Source: Octopus sinensis (Eukaryota). Taken from it: a stretch of 64,000 nt of DNA. The notes beneath the pieces are model-generated. The model made no database searches and was not told the DNA's origin. It saw only the letters and a program-made list of their open reading frames with translations. The translations under genes were made by a program, and so were the position numbers. The first letter of the stretch is position 1. Every line of letters starts with the position of its first letter. The stretch is from contig NC_042997.1 in assembly GCF_006345805.1 (NCBI RefSeq), positions 156,860,001 through 156,924,000 on the forward strand, written 5' to 3'. Positions 26,746 to 38,855 of this stretch are shown here, piece after piece.

Positions 26746-27058
26746 GAGGTGCTATGGCCCAGTGGTTAGAGCAGTGGACTCATGATTGGAGGATCACGGT
26801 TTCGATTCCTACACCGGGTGTTGTGTGTGTTTATTGAGCGAAAACACCTAAAAGCTTCATGAGGCTCTGGCAGGGGGTGGTGGCGACCCCTGTTGTACTC
26901 TTTCGCCACAACTTTCTCTCACTCTTTCTTCCTGTTTCTTGAGCAATGCTGCGATGGACTAGCGTCCTGTCCAGCTGGGGGGAACACATATGCCACAGAA
27001 AGCGGGAAACCGGGCCCATGAGCCTGGCTAGGCTTGAAAGGGCAATGTTTATTGTTTT
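26746..27058 (+). mobile_element. tRNA-derived SINE family C (V-domain-like) with 18-bp TSD, inserted in a TTAA-type MITE
   Basis: A box tggcccagtgg, B box ggtttcgattcc, gcgatggactagcgtcctgtccag. TSD tattgtagggtaagt(g/a)tg at 26728-26745 and 27059-27076. Confidence 0.8.
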
Positions 27059-28510
27059 TATTGTAGGGTAAGTATGAGAGGCTGAATCTACCCAGTTCAA
27101 AGATAAATCAGGTAGGTTATTTGGGTTGGATAAAAATCTCTGTTTGTTCATGAATGACCATGGGATTGCATCTAGAAAGTTCCCCTGTGAGGCACAAGTC
27201 CAGGCAAGCTTGTTTATGGTAGACCAGCAGTCATCCATGCATACCAGCCTCCCTTCTCCATGCCACCGATGTTATGCAAGGGCAAAGACTGACACAGCTT
27301 GGCACCAGTGATGTCACAACTCATTTCTACAGCTGAGTGAACTGGAGCAATGTGAAATAACGTGTCTTGCTTAAGAACACAACACATAGCTCGGTCCAAG
27401 AATCGATTGTGAGCCCGATGGTCTAATCACTGATGGCTGGTTTAAATACTAAAGGGTACAAGCACGAATTTTACATCATAAAACCAAGGGAGGTCTCAGG
27501 TGGGATGGTATCAAAATGGTTAAAGCTTAAATGAAACATTCATGTCATCAGTTCTACCAATCTCAGAAGGTCTGCAAAATCTATGGGCATTGTTCCTTCC
27601 TTCAGATCTAGTAACCAAAAAAAAAAAAAAAAAAATGGAAAGATAGAGAGTGAAAAAGAGAGAGGGAGAGAGAGAGAGAGCAAGAGAAAGAGAGAAACAC
27701 ACGCCCACAAACAAACATAGATAAAAATATACATAAGAGGTGGGAGAGACGAGTGAGTAGAGAGATAAATAGTCACACTATGGCTTAGCCATGCTGGTTG
27801 ATAGGTTGAAGGGAAGAAGGGAGAAAGATGTGATTAAAAAAAAAATGATAACATGCATGTGCATCTACATGAGGGTGTGTTTGTGTTTGTGTGTGTGTGT
27901 GTGCTGCGGGTGTGTGTGTGCGGGTGTGTGTGTGCGTGTGTGTGTGTGTGTGTGTGTGAGTGAAGGAGGTTTATAAAAGAACATTGTTGGTGAGAAGAAA
28001 ATAAGTTGTTGGCTGGGAGCCAGGTTCAGTCAAGAGATACAAATAGCATATAATTTTGCCCAGCTGTTGAAAGCAGCTTGCGGAGTGGCATGCTGGACTC
28101 ATATTCAAGTGATTGATGATGTATTGAAGATGGTGGTGACAGCAATGGTGGCGGTGATGATGCTGGTGGTGATGGTGATGATGGTAGTGATGCCGATAGA
28201 GGCGGTTGTGGCGACGGGTGATGGTAGTAACGGTGCTGGTAGTGATGGTAATGATAATGGTGGTGGTGAGAGTGACGGTGGTGCCAATGTTGGTGGTGAA
28301 GGTTGTAGTGGTGACAGTAGTTGCAGTGGTGGTAGTGTGGACAGATTGTTAGCACTGATAATATAGATGTGGAGGGTGAAAGTAGTGGTGGTGATGGAAC
28401 TAAGTGATGGTAGGAGTAGGGATAGAGGTGGTGTGGTAGAGATGGCGATGGAGGTGGCGGTGGTGGTGCCGGTCACTATAAGTGAAACAAAGTAGTAAAC
28501 TAGGCATAAA

Positions 28511-28826
28511 ATTTCGTTTTTGGATTAGGTTTACAAGATTCTTTATGTGAGTTCGTGTGTTGAAGCATATTCTGTTGTGTCTGGGGAGAGTCATTTTCTT
28601 TTTGTACCTTATAATATAACACACACACCGGTAAAATTTCCACTTTTTTTTCTCATTTTTATTTTCCTAAAATTTTCATTGCGTCTTGCAACCTTTTCAA
28701 TAGTTTTGACTCTGTCCGTTATTTAGGAAAATAAAAATAAGGAAAAAAAGTGGAAATTTTACCGGTGAGTGTGATATATTATGAGGCACAAAAAGAAAAT
28801 GACTCTCCCCAGACACAACAGAATAG
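28511..28826. mobile_element. Foldback repeat family copy 3
   Basis: Arms ~28568-28670 and ~28722-28825 are inverted; same 5' leader as the other copies. Confidence 0.75.
28667..28703 (-). ncRNA. Variant minimal hammerhead motif (U3-A8 core)
   Basis: CTA-TTGAAAA-G-GTTGC(AAGAC)GCAAT-GAA-AATT-T-TAG on the minus strand; same architecture as the 29439 motif. Confidence 0.55.
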
Positions 28827-29438
28827 TCATAAAATGTTTCTTTTGAAAGTACCATTTTCTTCCCCAGATATGCCGCCCACCATATGTATTTTACAGGTCA
28901 TAACTGTCACAGACTCTTCTAAGTTGGTGGAGGCTTATACCTTGTTCTTGTTGTTTAGTATCCAAGTTAGTAGACCTGTGGTTGAGACCTATGAACCAAG
29001 GCATTCCAGATTCCAGCCATGGAAGTCCATTTTTCTTCAGGCAAAGTTTATAAGACACACATTATCAAATGTGTTCTTCTCTTTTAGGTGGTAATGGTGT
29101 GATTTGAGAAAGGTTTGGCTAATATTTCTAGCAGGTATAATGAAGACATAGAAGTATCCTTAATGGTTTGATAGGTTAATGATACTTGTTGACACAATTT
29201 AAAGGTCATTCCCGAAATTGCACAGATCAACAATTAGAATGCTAGGAAAGGTTTCCCTATGAGGAAGGACTGTGTATAGTTCTATATGGAGTTGGGGTGG
29301 AGTAAAACAAGACAGTAGAGGAAAGGCATGAAGGGAATCTGTTGTACTTTTGTTGCTAAGCAATAATGTGACCGCGTGTGTACCGTTGGTGATTTTTTTT
29401 CCTCCATCTTCCCATCTTTGGATCTTTCCTTTTTCTAT

Positions 29439-29473
29439 GTTTCTGATGAAGAGCTCCGCTCGAAACGTTAAAC
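29439..29473 (+). ncRNA. Minimal type I hammerhead ribozyme motif within a ~225-bp Penelope-pLTR-like repeat (~29356-29580)
   Basis: GTTT-CTGATGA-A-GAGC(TCC)GCTC-GAA-ACGT-T-AAAC: intact core, stems I and II, palindromic stem III (ACGT). Confidence 0.8.
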
Positions 29474-29870
29474 CCTCCTTCTTCCCTTCCTTTCTGAGCG
29501 TCCAATAATACTATATTTGTTCCACGTCCTTGCGTTGTGTTTTCTCTTTGTGTTTTCATGTTTGGATTAACTTTATATACATATATAGTTTGTTAAGTGT
29601 TGACACACAAAACTCTTGGCCCTTGAGTCACTGCTGTTTCTGGTAAATATTGGTTTCAAAATTTGGCACAAGGTCAGCAAGTTGAGGAGTGGGTGCAAGT
29701 CAATTACATTGACCCAGTGTTAAACTAGTACTTATTTTATTAACTTTGAAAGGATAAAAGGCAAATTTGATCCTGTTGGAATTTGAACTCAGAACATAAA
29801 GATTGATGAAATACGACTAAGCATTTTGCCTGGCATACTAAATGATTCTGCTAGCTCACTGTCTGCTTCT

Positions 29871-29911
<41 letters not shown>

Positions 29912-31394
29912 GTATATGTTGATTGCTTTATCTTGTCAGATAACCACTTATATACGATGTCTGTACATGACTGGGTTATAGTGAGATATACTTGTATGCC
30001 ACTTATCTCATCTTGATGTCATTTATGCAGAAACAGTATCATCTGAAATCCTCTATTCTCTACATCATCCCCCTATATGCATCCTTAGCTCACACACTGA
30101 AGCTCCTAACAAATGACAAGAAGAACTAAGATGTTTGTAGTATCTGTCCAAGAAGAGACAGAGGGAGGATAAAATATGTCAGTGGGTTAGGGTTGCAATG
30201 TGATTTAGCTATTAAATCTTTTACAATTGATGCTTACTTGTAAGAGGTAAAAATAAATTCATTTTGACTCATTTATCCACTTTGAGGCTCTATAATAGAA
30301 TCCCAGAAAATCCAACGCAATATCTATTTATAGTTCTATATTTAAGAGATGAGGAATTATGTACATTATTTACATTATTTACATTCGAAAAACAAGATGA
30401 GGACAAATATCCGTTGAATGTAAATAATGTAAATATCTATTTATATTCTTTAATATTTCCTACTATCTTGGCTTCATAAACCTAAATTTATACACCCATC
30501 AGCCAACGATTCTCATACTTTAATACACACCTTTTTTTTTTATTTGTCTTTGAAAAGTTCTATAAGATGGAATGGCTAGTCATTATTTGTGAATGGAAGT
30601 ATGATTACTATTTTAGTATATATTTCATTGATTGTATAAATACCATCCCATAAATAGGGTTCCTGATGACTGAGAAGCACTGATATCGCTTAAGCTACCT
30701 TCCTGAAACAATGCTGATCTTTGCCAAAACAGATCAGTTCTAGTCTTGTTAACTCTGGAGATGATAAATAAGATACATTTTGTTTTTCTTTTATTAATAG
30801 TTTAAACACGAGGAAGAGGCCGTGTCTAAAACTAGAATTAGTAGTGTTATAATGTTTTGGACAGAGTGTAGAGTAGAAACGGAAGCTTGAGAATTAGCAA
30901 TCATATAATTAGGCTGGATTGAGCATGGAGCAGAAATAGAAATAGAGAATTAGCAATAATGTAATAGGCTGAACTGAGCATCATTATATATATATTTTTT
31001 GAAACTAATTACATTTATTATAATTGATGTTTAGTCTGCATATTTGGAGGGTGCTGTGAGCATGAAAAACAGGGTTAGGAAGGGAATTCCAGAGGGTTGA
31101 TACTCTGAAAGGAACAATTGGGAGTAGTGGTTAGTTTAAAGCTATGCGTGAAGAGAGAAGGAAGAATAAGTATATCATGTAGACTTAGGTGGAGAGTAGT
31201 ATGAAATTAGCCAGCCATGAAGAACATAAGCCGTTGCAGGAACAGTAAAAAAAGTGGCATGAGAAGAATGTTTCTCTGTGAGTCAGAGAGTAAAGTTTGT
31301 TGGTCAGCAAACCTTTACAATTTAATCAGATGGCTTTCATTTGGATGATGTTTAGGATGCTGCCTGACATGCCAGTGCCACCCAACTGGTTCCC

Positions 31395-31745
31395 ATGCCG
31401 GTGGCACATAAAAAGCATTATTTGAGCATGGTCAATGCCAGTACCGCCTGGCTGGCTCCCGTGCTGGTAGCATATAAAAAGCATTATTTGAGCATGGTCA
31501 ATGCCAGTACCGCCTGGCTGGCTCCCGTGCTGGTAGCATACAAAAAGCATTATTTGAGCATGGTCAATGCCAGTACCACCTGGCTGGCTCCCGTGCTGGT
31601 AGCATATAAAAAGCATTATTTGAGCATGGTCAATGCCAGTACCGCCTGACTGGATCCCATGCTGGTGGCACAGAAAAAGCACCATACAAGCGTGGTCGAT
31701 GCTAGTGCTGCCTGACTGGCCCCCATGCTGGTGACAAGTAAAAAG
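31395..31745 (+). repeat. 66-bp tandem repeat (~5 units) inside an RTE-tail element
   Basis: Unit gcatataaaaagcattatttgagcatggtcaatgccagtaccgcctggctggctcccgtgctggta; 66-nt period (31415 to 31481). Confidence 0.9.
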
Positions 31746-33190
31746 CACCCACTACACTCTTGGAGTAGTTGGTGTTGGGAAGGGCACCCAGCAGTAGATA
31801 CCTTGTCAGATCAGACTGGAGCCTGGTACAGCCTCCTGGCTTGCCAGTCCTCAGTCAAACCGTCCAACCCATGCCAGCATGGAAAATGGATGTTAAATGA
31901 TGATGATGATGTGTAACATTTCAGATGGAGCAATATTCCATTATGAGTCTCATTTCTACCTTGTAGTGAAATGAGCTGTCTGTAGCCAAAGTATTTTCTG
32001 GTCCTAAAAAGGGAAGCTAGTCCTTGGAATACAATTTTTGGTTGCATATGCACATATAATAGACTCTGTACATTTTTGCATTATGTATATTAAATGCATT
32101 AATATTTTTGTAGACAAATGCAAAAATATATAGTCATATGTATGCATTTTGATCATTACCAAATACGTTAGTCAGGGAAAGTGCCAATGACTTTGTTAAA
32201 TCCTTCCAGACTCATAAGACTGGTGCAACTAATGGCAAGCTTGAATATTTGCAGGCCAATGCTTGTAGGAATAAAGAGAGAGAAGATAGAGAAGATAGAA
32301 AGTGAGAAATAATTTGCCATTACCAACAGTAAATAAGCATAAAAGTAAACAAACAGAAAAGAATAGACAAAAAAAGTGCATAGCTCTCAAATTTGGGGAT
32401 GTGCAAACAAGAATGTGTGGGTACACACACACACACCACACACACACACACATACACATACAAACTTGTGCATCTACACAAATCTATGTATGTAGTAACA
32501 CATAGATATACAATAGTTTTTCAGTTTTTTTTTTTTATTGGTTTCAGATATTGGAACATTGCCTTTAAGAATTTACTTGTTTCTGTTAAGAGTAAATATT
32601 TTGTCCAATACATTTTTCATTGACCTTTGGAAGACTGAACTGCAAAGTTGACCCGGGCAGGATTTGAAATCAGAACACAAAAAAATGGAATGAAATACCA
32701 TGAGAAATTTTGTCGGATGTTCTGATTGTGACATACTGCCATTCCTCACATAAATATAAAGTATATATGCTTATGATTAAAAGAAAGAAAAATGAGTTAC
32801 TAAATTTACATTCTATGTTAGTGTGTTGATAAATTCTTAATGCTTGACAAGCTAAAACTACAATCAAAATTAGCTCAACCATAGGAGAATTAAGAAGCAT
32901 GTTATATAGTTTTGAGTTGTTTCTACTTAACATCATAGAGACTAGAGATAACTGCACAGAGATAGGGAACAACACTTTAAGTGTTGCTAAGGGTACAGTT
33001 GACTGTAAGGTCCATTGCACTTTAAGTCTAGACATGTAATACTTCGTATGTATGTGTGTGTATGTGTACACACACACACACGTACACACACACAAATGTA
33101 AGTATGTTTGACTGGATGTATTAAATATATAATCTTTCCACTCATTTGCAGAAGGGTGTATTGTGCTCTTATGTTTTTGTAACACAAAAC

Positions 33191-33230
<40 letters not shown>

Positions 33231-33447
33231 ATTTGTTTCAGTCATTTAACTGTGGCCATGCTGGAGCGATGCCTTAAAGGGGTTTTAGTCAAAGAAATCG
33301 ACCCTGGGACTTATTCTTTGTAAGCCTAGTACTTATTCTATTGGTGTCTTCTGCCAAACTGCCAAGTTATTGGGACGTAAACACACCAACACTAGTTGTC
33401 AAGTAGTGATTGGGGGACAAACACAGACACAAAAACACATACACATC

Positions 33448-33479
<32 letters not shown>

Positions 33480-33805
33480 GACAGGTTTCTTTCAGTTTCT
33501 TTTCTACCAAATCCATTCAAAAGGCTTTGGTCAGCACAAGGCGCTATAGAAGAAGACACTTGCCAAAGATGCCATGCAGTGGGACAGAACCCAGAACCAT
33601 GTGGTTAGAAAGCAAACTTCTTACCACACAACCATACCTGCACCTATATATATATGTGTATATATATATATAAAATGTATAAGATATATAATTTACAGTT
33701 CTTAAAAAGTACATGTATTTATACACACAGGTACATACACACACTGTTGCACACACTTACACACACACACCTCTGTATGTACATATAGCTATGCATATGT
33801 ACATA

Positions 33806-33881
<76 letters not shown>

Positions 33882-34344
33882 AAGAACTATGGCCCAGTGG
33901 TTAGGGTTCTGGGTTCATAATTATCAAGTTGTAGGTTCTATTCCTGGACTGGATAGCACATTGTACTCTTGAGCAAAGCAAATAATTTCATGTCGCTCCA
34001 TGAAAGGATGAGTTGCATGAAGTGTGGGAGAAGTGAGAGTATGTCTTTGTTTGCTCGAAACTACATAAGTACCTAAAACTATTAGCAAAAGTGGGTAATA
34101 CAAGCTATCAGCTCATATATTTGATTGTAAGGGATGGCTAAGCTTTTGTGCATACGTGTGTGTATGATATGATTACCTTAATACAGGTGTAATTTGAGGG
34201 CTATTTGGCTTCTATTTTTAGGTCAAGCAACCATATAGAGTCTCTTTCATGTATCAGGCATAATATATTTAGGGTTATATTAACCCTTTAGCATTCAGAT
34301 TACTCTTTGAAATGTAATGCTTATATATATATATATATATATAT

Positions 34345-35600
34345 ATCATCATCATCATCATTTAATGTCCGCTTTCCATGCTAGCATGGGTTGGACGATT
34401 TGACTGAGGTCTGGCAAAGCAGACTCCAATCTGATCTGGCAGAGTTTCTACAGCTGGATGCCCTTCCTAACACCAACAACTCCGAGAGTATAGTGGGTGC
34501 TTTTATGTGCCACCTGCACAGGAGCCAGTCCAGTGGCACTGGCAACGACATCGCTCGAATATTTCACATACCACCAGCACAAGTGCTAGTAAGGTGACGC
34601 GGTAACAATCACACTCGAATGGTGTGCTTAACGTGCCATCAGCACGAAGGCCAGCTTGTTGCTCTGGCAACGATCTCACTCGTATGGGACTCTTAGCGCT
34701 CCACTAGCAATGGATGCCAGTCACTTCAATTTCACTTGCCTCAACTAGTCTTCACAAGCAGAGTTTAGTGTCCAATGAAGAAAAGGCACGCATAAGTGGA
34801 CTGGTTACACCCCTAGCATAGGCCACAAGGTTATGGTCACACTTGCACTTGCCGAGTCTTCAACTGCACAGCATATTTCCAAAGGTCCCAGTCACTAGTC
34901 ATTGCCTCGATGAGGCCCAATGTTTGAAGGTCATACTTCACCACCTCATCCCAGGTCTTCCTGGGTCTACCTCTTCCACAGGTTCCCTCAACTGCTAGGG
35001 TGTGGCACTTTATCACACAGCTATTGACATCCATTCTCGCCACATGACCATACCAGTGCAGTCGTCTCTCTTGCACACCACATCTGATGCTTCTTAGGTC
35101 CAACCTTTCTCTCAGGGCACTTACACTCTGTCGAGCATGCACACTGACATTACACATCCATCGGAGAATGCTGCCTTCATTCCTTGCGAGCTTACACATA
35201 TCCTCAGCTGTCATGGCCTATGTTTCACTGCCATGTAGCATGGCTGTTCGTACACATGCATCAAACAGTCTACCTTTTACTCTGAGCGAGAGGCCCTTTG
35301 TCACCAGAAGAGGTAAGAGCTCTCTGAACTTAGCCCAGGCTTTTATTATTCTAGCAGCTACACTTTCAGTGCACCCTCCCCCGCTACTGACTTGGTCATC
35401 TAGGTAACGGAAGCTATCAACTACTTCTAGTTTTTCTCCTTGTAATGTGGCGGAAGTTGTTCTCTGGACATTTTCAGTGTTATTTATAGCGCCCAAGCAT
35501 CTGCCACATATGAAAACTATCCTCCCAGTTAGCCTTCCTTTGATATTGCTGAACCTCTTATGTGTCCATAGCTTACACTGGGTGCTGCACCTCTTATGTG
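34345..35600 (-). mobile_element. 5'-truncated RTE-clade LINE (RT C-terminus with Cys/His finger remnant, 3' UTR, (GAT)n tail) nested in a TTAA-type MITE (~34280-35720)
   Basis: LEVVDSFRYL...AWAKFRELLPLL...MLHGSET*A...RRLHWYGHVARM...GRGRPRKTW; premature stop. Host MITE sequence resumes after 35605. Confidence 0.9.
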
Positions 35601-36865
35601 TCCATATTCACATTGATTTGAATTAATCATGTATTATCTAGTAACTTTGAGAGTTCAATGATGTGATTGCTTATTTTACAATAACATTGTTAGGTAGGTG
35701 TGAGAGGCCAAATGGTTAAATAAGGTATCCATCCAGTCTTAAGATAGCAGGGTGTGATTTGAAGGAGGTTTCCTTGTTATAATTCTTGCAGGTCAAACAA
35801 CTGGGTATGTACTCCCTCATTGGTTTATATCCTGTCAGTGATATAGTACTGTGTTCATGGCTACAACACTTCATTCTCATATAGTCCAGTACCCATCCTC
35901 TTAACTGTGAATAGATAATAAAAGTAGGAAGTCAACAAATTCAGTAACTTCATATTCTAAACATTGCCAAATGTATATAAAATAGGTTTAGCTGCCACTT
36001 TTCAGTTAAGAAATATTTCAGTGTTGAACAGCTGATAACCGTTTCTAAAACCCAAATATAATACTTTACGTTGGGGTATTACTTTCATATCTGGGACAAT
36101 ATTCTTCATTCAATCATAGTGCAAAACATGGTAAATACAGAAATTTCCTTCTTTATTTTATTTACCATTTCTTATCTCAAAAATACCCACAAATCTCATT
36201 CTGATTGCTTTATTTCGCAGAGTAAAATATTTGTCTAATTTTATAGCATTTTTTGCTATATAATGGTAAATATTCTTGCTTGGCTTATATTTCAGTGAAG
36301 GACTTTTAAGAATTAATATTCTTCTTTGCTCTTGTTTTGTTTTGTGTATAGACTAAATATATTGACTGTTCAGAAAAAAAAAAAGCTTTCTTTTTGTTCT
36401 ACATATTTCATGTCTTTTCGTCAAGTATCAGTTTTTGTTTGTTCATATATCTAACAGAATTCATTCATAATGGAGGGAAAAGCATCTTCTGGCATAAAAA
36501 TCTAAAAAATTTAGATTATAGTCTGATATTGTCGTAGACAATAAGTCTTGGTTTAGATTGTTAGCGTAACATTGTCAGAGATAGTGCCTTAAGGTTCAGA
36601 TTTTTACTCCTGATAACATAATTCTAGTAGAAGAGTTGGTTTTGTATGAAATTCATGCACAGCAGACAGTGTGTGGAATGAAAGGGCAAAAAGGATATGT
36701 GTAAGGATATAGTGTGTAGTAAGTCTGCTAAGATAAAATGACAGTTACCATTCTTCAGTGTCCAAACAGGAAGTTGGAAAACAAAACCCACATAAAATGA
36801 AATAAGAAAATGCAAAAATAAAGATAAAAAAAGAAGAAATATGTATGAAATTACTTTGAAGGGCA

Positions 36866-36961
36866 TCAACTTTTCATGATCAGTTCCTGAGCAGATTCAA
36901 CGGAAGAGGAAAACAGAAGTGGAGTGATATCAGCGTTGACAATTTCATTGCGAACAGATGG
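36866..36961 (-). CDS. SLC26A11: SLC26A11-like exon, end of STAS: PSVRNEIVNADITPLLFSSSVESAQELIMKS* (stop 36868-36866; possible internal donor at 36870)
   Basis: Acceptor tttatcctttcttccag, phase 0. 'PxVxxxI...FxSVxxA' matches the STAS C-terminus. In-frame TGA overlaps a weak donor AAA|gttgat. Confidence 0.85.
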   Translation of the reverse strand, partial: PSVRNEIVNADITPLLFSSSVESAQELIMKS

Positions 36962-37419
36962 CTGGAAGAAAGGATAAACAGATAAATGAATAAATAAATA
37001 AATAAATAAATAAATAGTTAAATAAATAAATAAAAAATGATTAAGGCATTATTATTATTGATTATTGATAATGTTGATTTATTATTGGTGTCTTTTGATT
37101 ATGTGCATGGCTCGTATTGTTTAATGTAATTTTTGACCAAAGATTGATATCAAAGTTGATGTAAAAATTAACGTCAATATACATTAAGAACTAGTTATGA
37201 TACCAATCCAAGCTGAAATTGTGATGTCATAGAAATCTAGTCACAACTGAATGGTGTACATTTGGAACAAGTTATAATATCAATCCCTGCTAAAATGTGA
37301 CATCATAGAACACTAGTCATAGACCACTACCCCTGAATCTTACGTTCATCTTTACAAATAGTATGTAATAATTAAATGTGCTTAAGCAAACGTAGGAAAA
37401 ATGATAAAAGTTGTCTTAC

Positions 37420-37485
37420 CCTGAGGCCAGAGAGTATTAGTGAAATATTTCTTTGATTAAGTTCTGACACTAGTTTGAACAAACA
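37420..37485 (-). CDS. SLC26A11: SLC26A11-like exon, STAS: CLFKLVSELNQRNISLILSGLR
   Basis: Acceptor gctaattctttatttccag, donor AGG|gtaaga, 66 nt, phase 0/0. Fits the STAS helix and beta-strand pattern. Confidence 0.88.
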
Positions 37486-38544
37486 CTGGAAATAAAGAAT
37501 TAGCAATATCATACAAGTTTGGACAGAATGTAGAATAGGAATAGAAACAAAGAATTAGTAATGTAATAATATTTTGGACTGAATCATTATCATTGTTTAA
37601 CATCCGTTTTCCATGCTAGCATGGGTTGGACGGTTCGACCGGAGTCTGGGAAGCCAGGAGGCTGCACCAGGCTCCAGTCTGATCTAGCAGTGTCTCTACA
37701 GCTGGATGCCCTTCCTATCGCCAACCACTCTGTGTGTGTAGTGGGTCCTTTTTATGTGCCACCAGCACAGGAACCAGGGGAGGCTGGCATCGGCCACATT
37801 CGGATGGCGCTTTTTATGTGCCACCGGCACAGGTATCACAACAACAATTAGAGTAGAAATGTAAACTTGAGAATTAGCAGTTATATAATAGTTTCGACTG
37901 GGCATAGAGTAAGGCAGTCATCTAGAGGCTCTGAGTTCAATCCCAGGCGAGGTACTAACTTAATTCACAAAAATTAACTGAAGCAAAAAATATGTAATAC
38001 AGAGAGTGCAATGATAACAGTGTACTTCTGCAGATTAAATAAAGGGTTAGGTTTGAAATTCCAATACAATAACGAAGTCCAACACAAGACACCTGAAGAA
38101 GACTGAAGCATACAGCAGCTGAAATGTAGTGAAAGCAACAATCAAGATGAGGAAACCAGTCCAACTAATAGAAACAGTATACATAAGAGGATTAGCAATA
38201 ATATAACAGCTTGGAATCTGAGCATAGAGTAGAAATGAAAATCTGAGAATGACCAATCATGGAATAGTTTGAAGTGAGCATAAGTTGAAGGAAATCTGGA
38301 AATTAGCAATAATATAAGGGTTTGAACTTAGCATAGACAAGAAATGAAGAGGAAAAAGTTAGCAACATTATAATGAACTACACAAAGATGTTATCCTTAT
38401 CAAAAAAAAAAAATACTTAAATCAGTGTTAAGATGTATTAATGCAGCAAACATTAAGAAGCTAAATAGGAATAATTTGCAGTAAGGAAAAGTCATATTGG
38501 TCAAAATGTAATATTATTTTTATTATTGAATGGCAAAGTGGCTG

Positions 38545-38855
38545 AGTTCCATTTGAGTGTTGGGCCTCAGAGAGGCAATGAGCAAGACCTTTGGCATTAT
38601 GATGTGCTTGCGAAGAAGGCCCATCAAGCCGAGTAAAAACACAGCTGTGGCAGATACTGGTGCCATGCAAATGGCACTCATACCGGTGGCACGTAAAAGC
38701 ATCCATTACACTCTCGGAGTGGTTGGCATTAGGAAGGGCATTCAGCCTTAGAAAAACCATGCCAAATCAGATTGGAGCCTGGCACAGCCTTCCAGTGTGC
38801 CAGTTCAGTCAAACCATCCAACCCATGGACAACGGATGTTAAATGATGATGATGA
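38545..38855 (+). mobile_element. RTE LINE 3' fragment
   Basis: End of ORF (LGLREAM) + shared 3' tail ggagtggttggcattaggaagggcat...gatgatgat. Confidence 0.75.

Noticed and set aside
27520-27607. Possible extra minus-strand exon after a poly-T acceptor (similar candidates near 30699-30754 and 18237-18276)
   Set aside because: No convincing donor or homology; such tracts are common in this DNA.
28026-28476. Gly/Ser/Pro/His-rich overlapping ORFs (also 22608-22992, 55511-55759, 62659-63142)
   Set aside because: Degenerate trinucleotide repeats open in several frames.
31326-31748. ORF with 22-aa repeats; superficially CRISPR-like periodicity
   Set aside because: 66-bp tandem repeat in a retroelement UTR, with no unique spacers and a eukaryotic context.
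36855-36868. A-to-I recoding of the TGA to TGG as a readthrough mechanism
   Set aside because: Readthrough to the 36854 donor is phase 2 and hits a stop early in the 20786 exon; no supporting structure seen.
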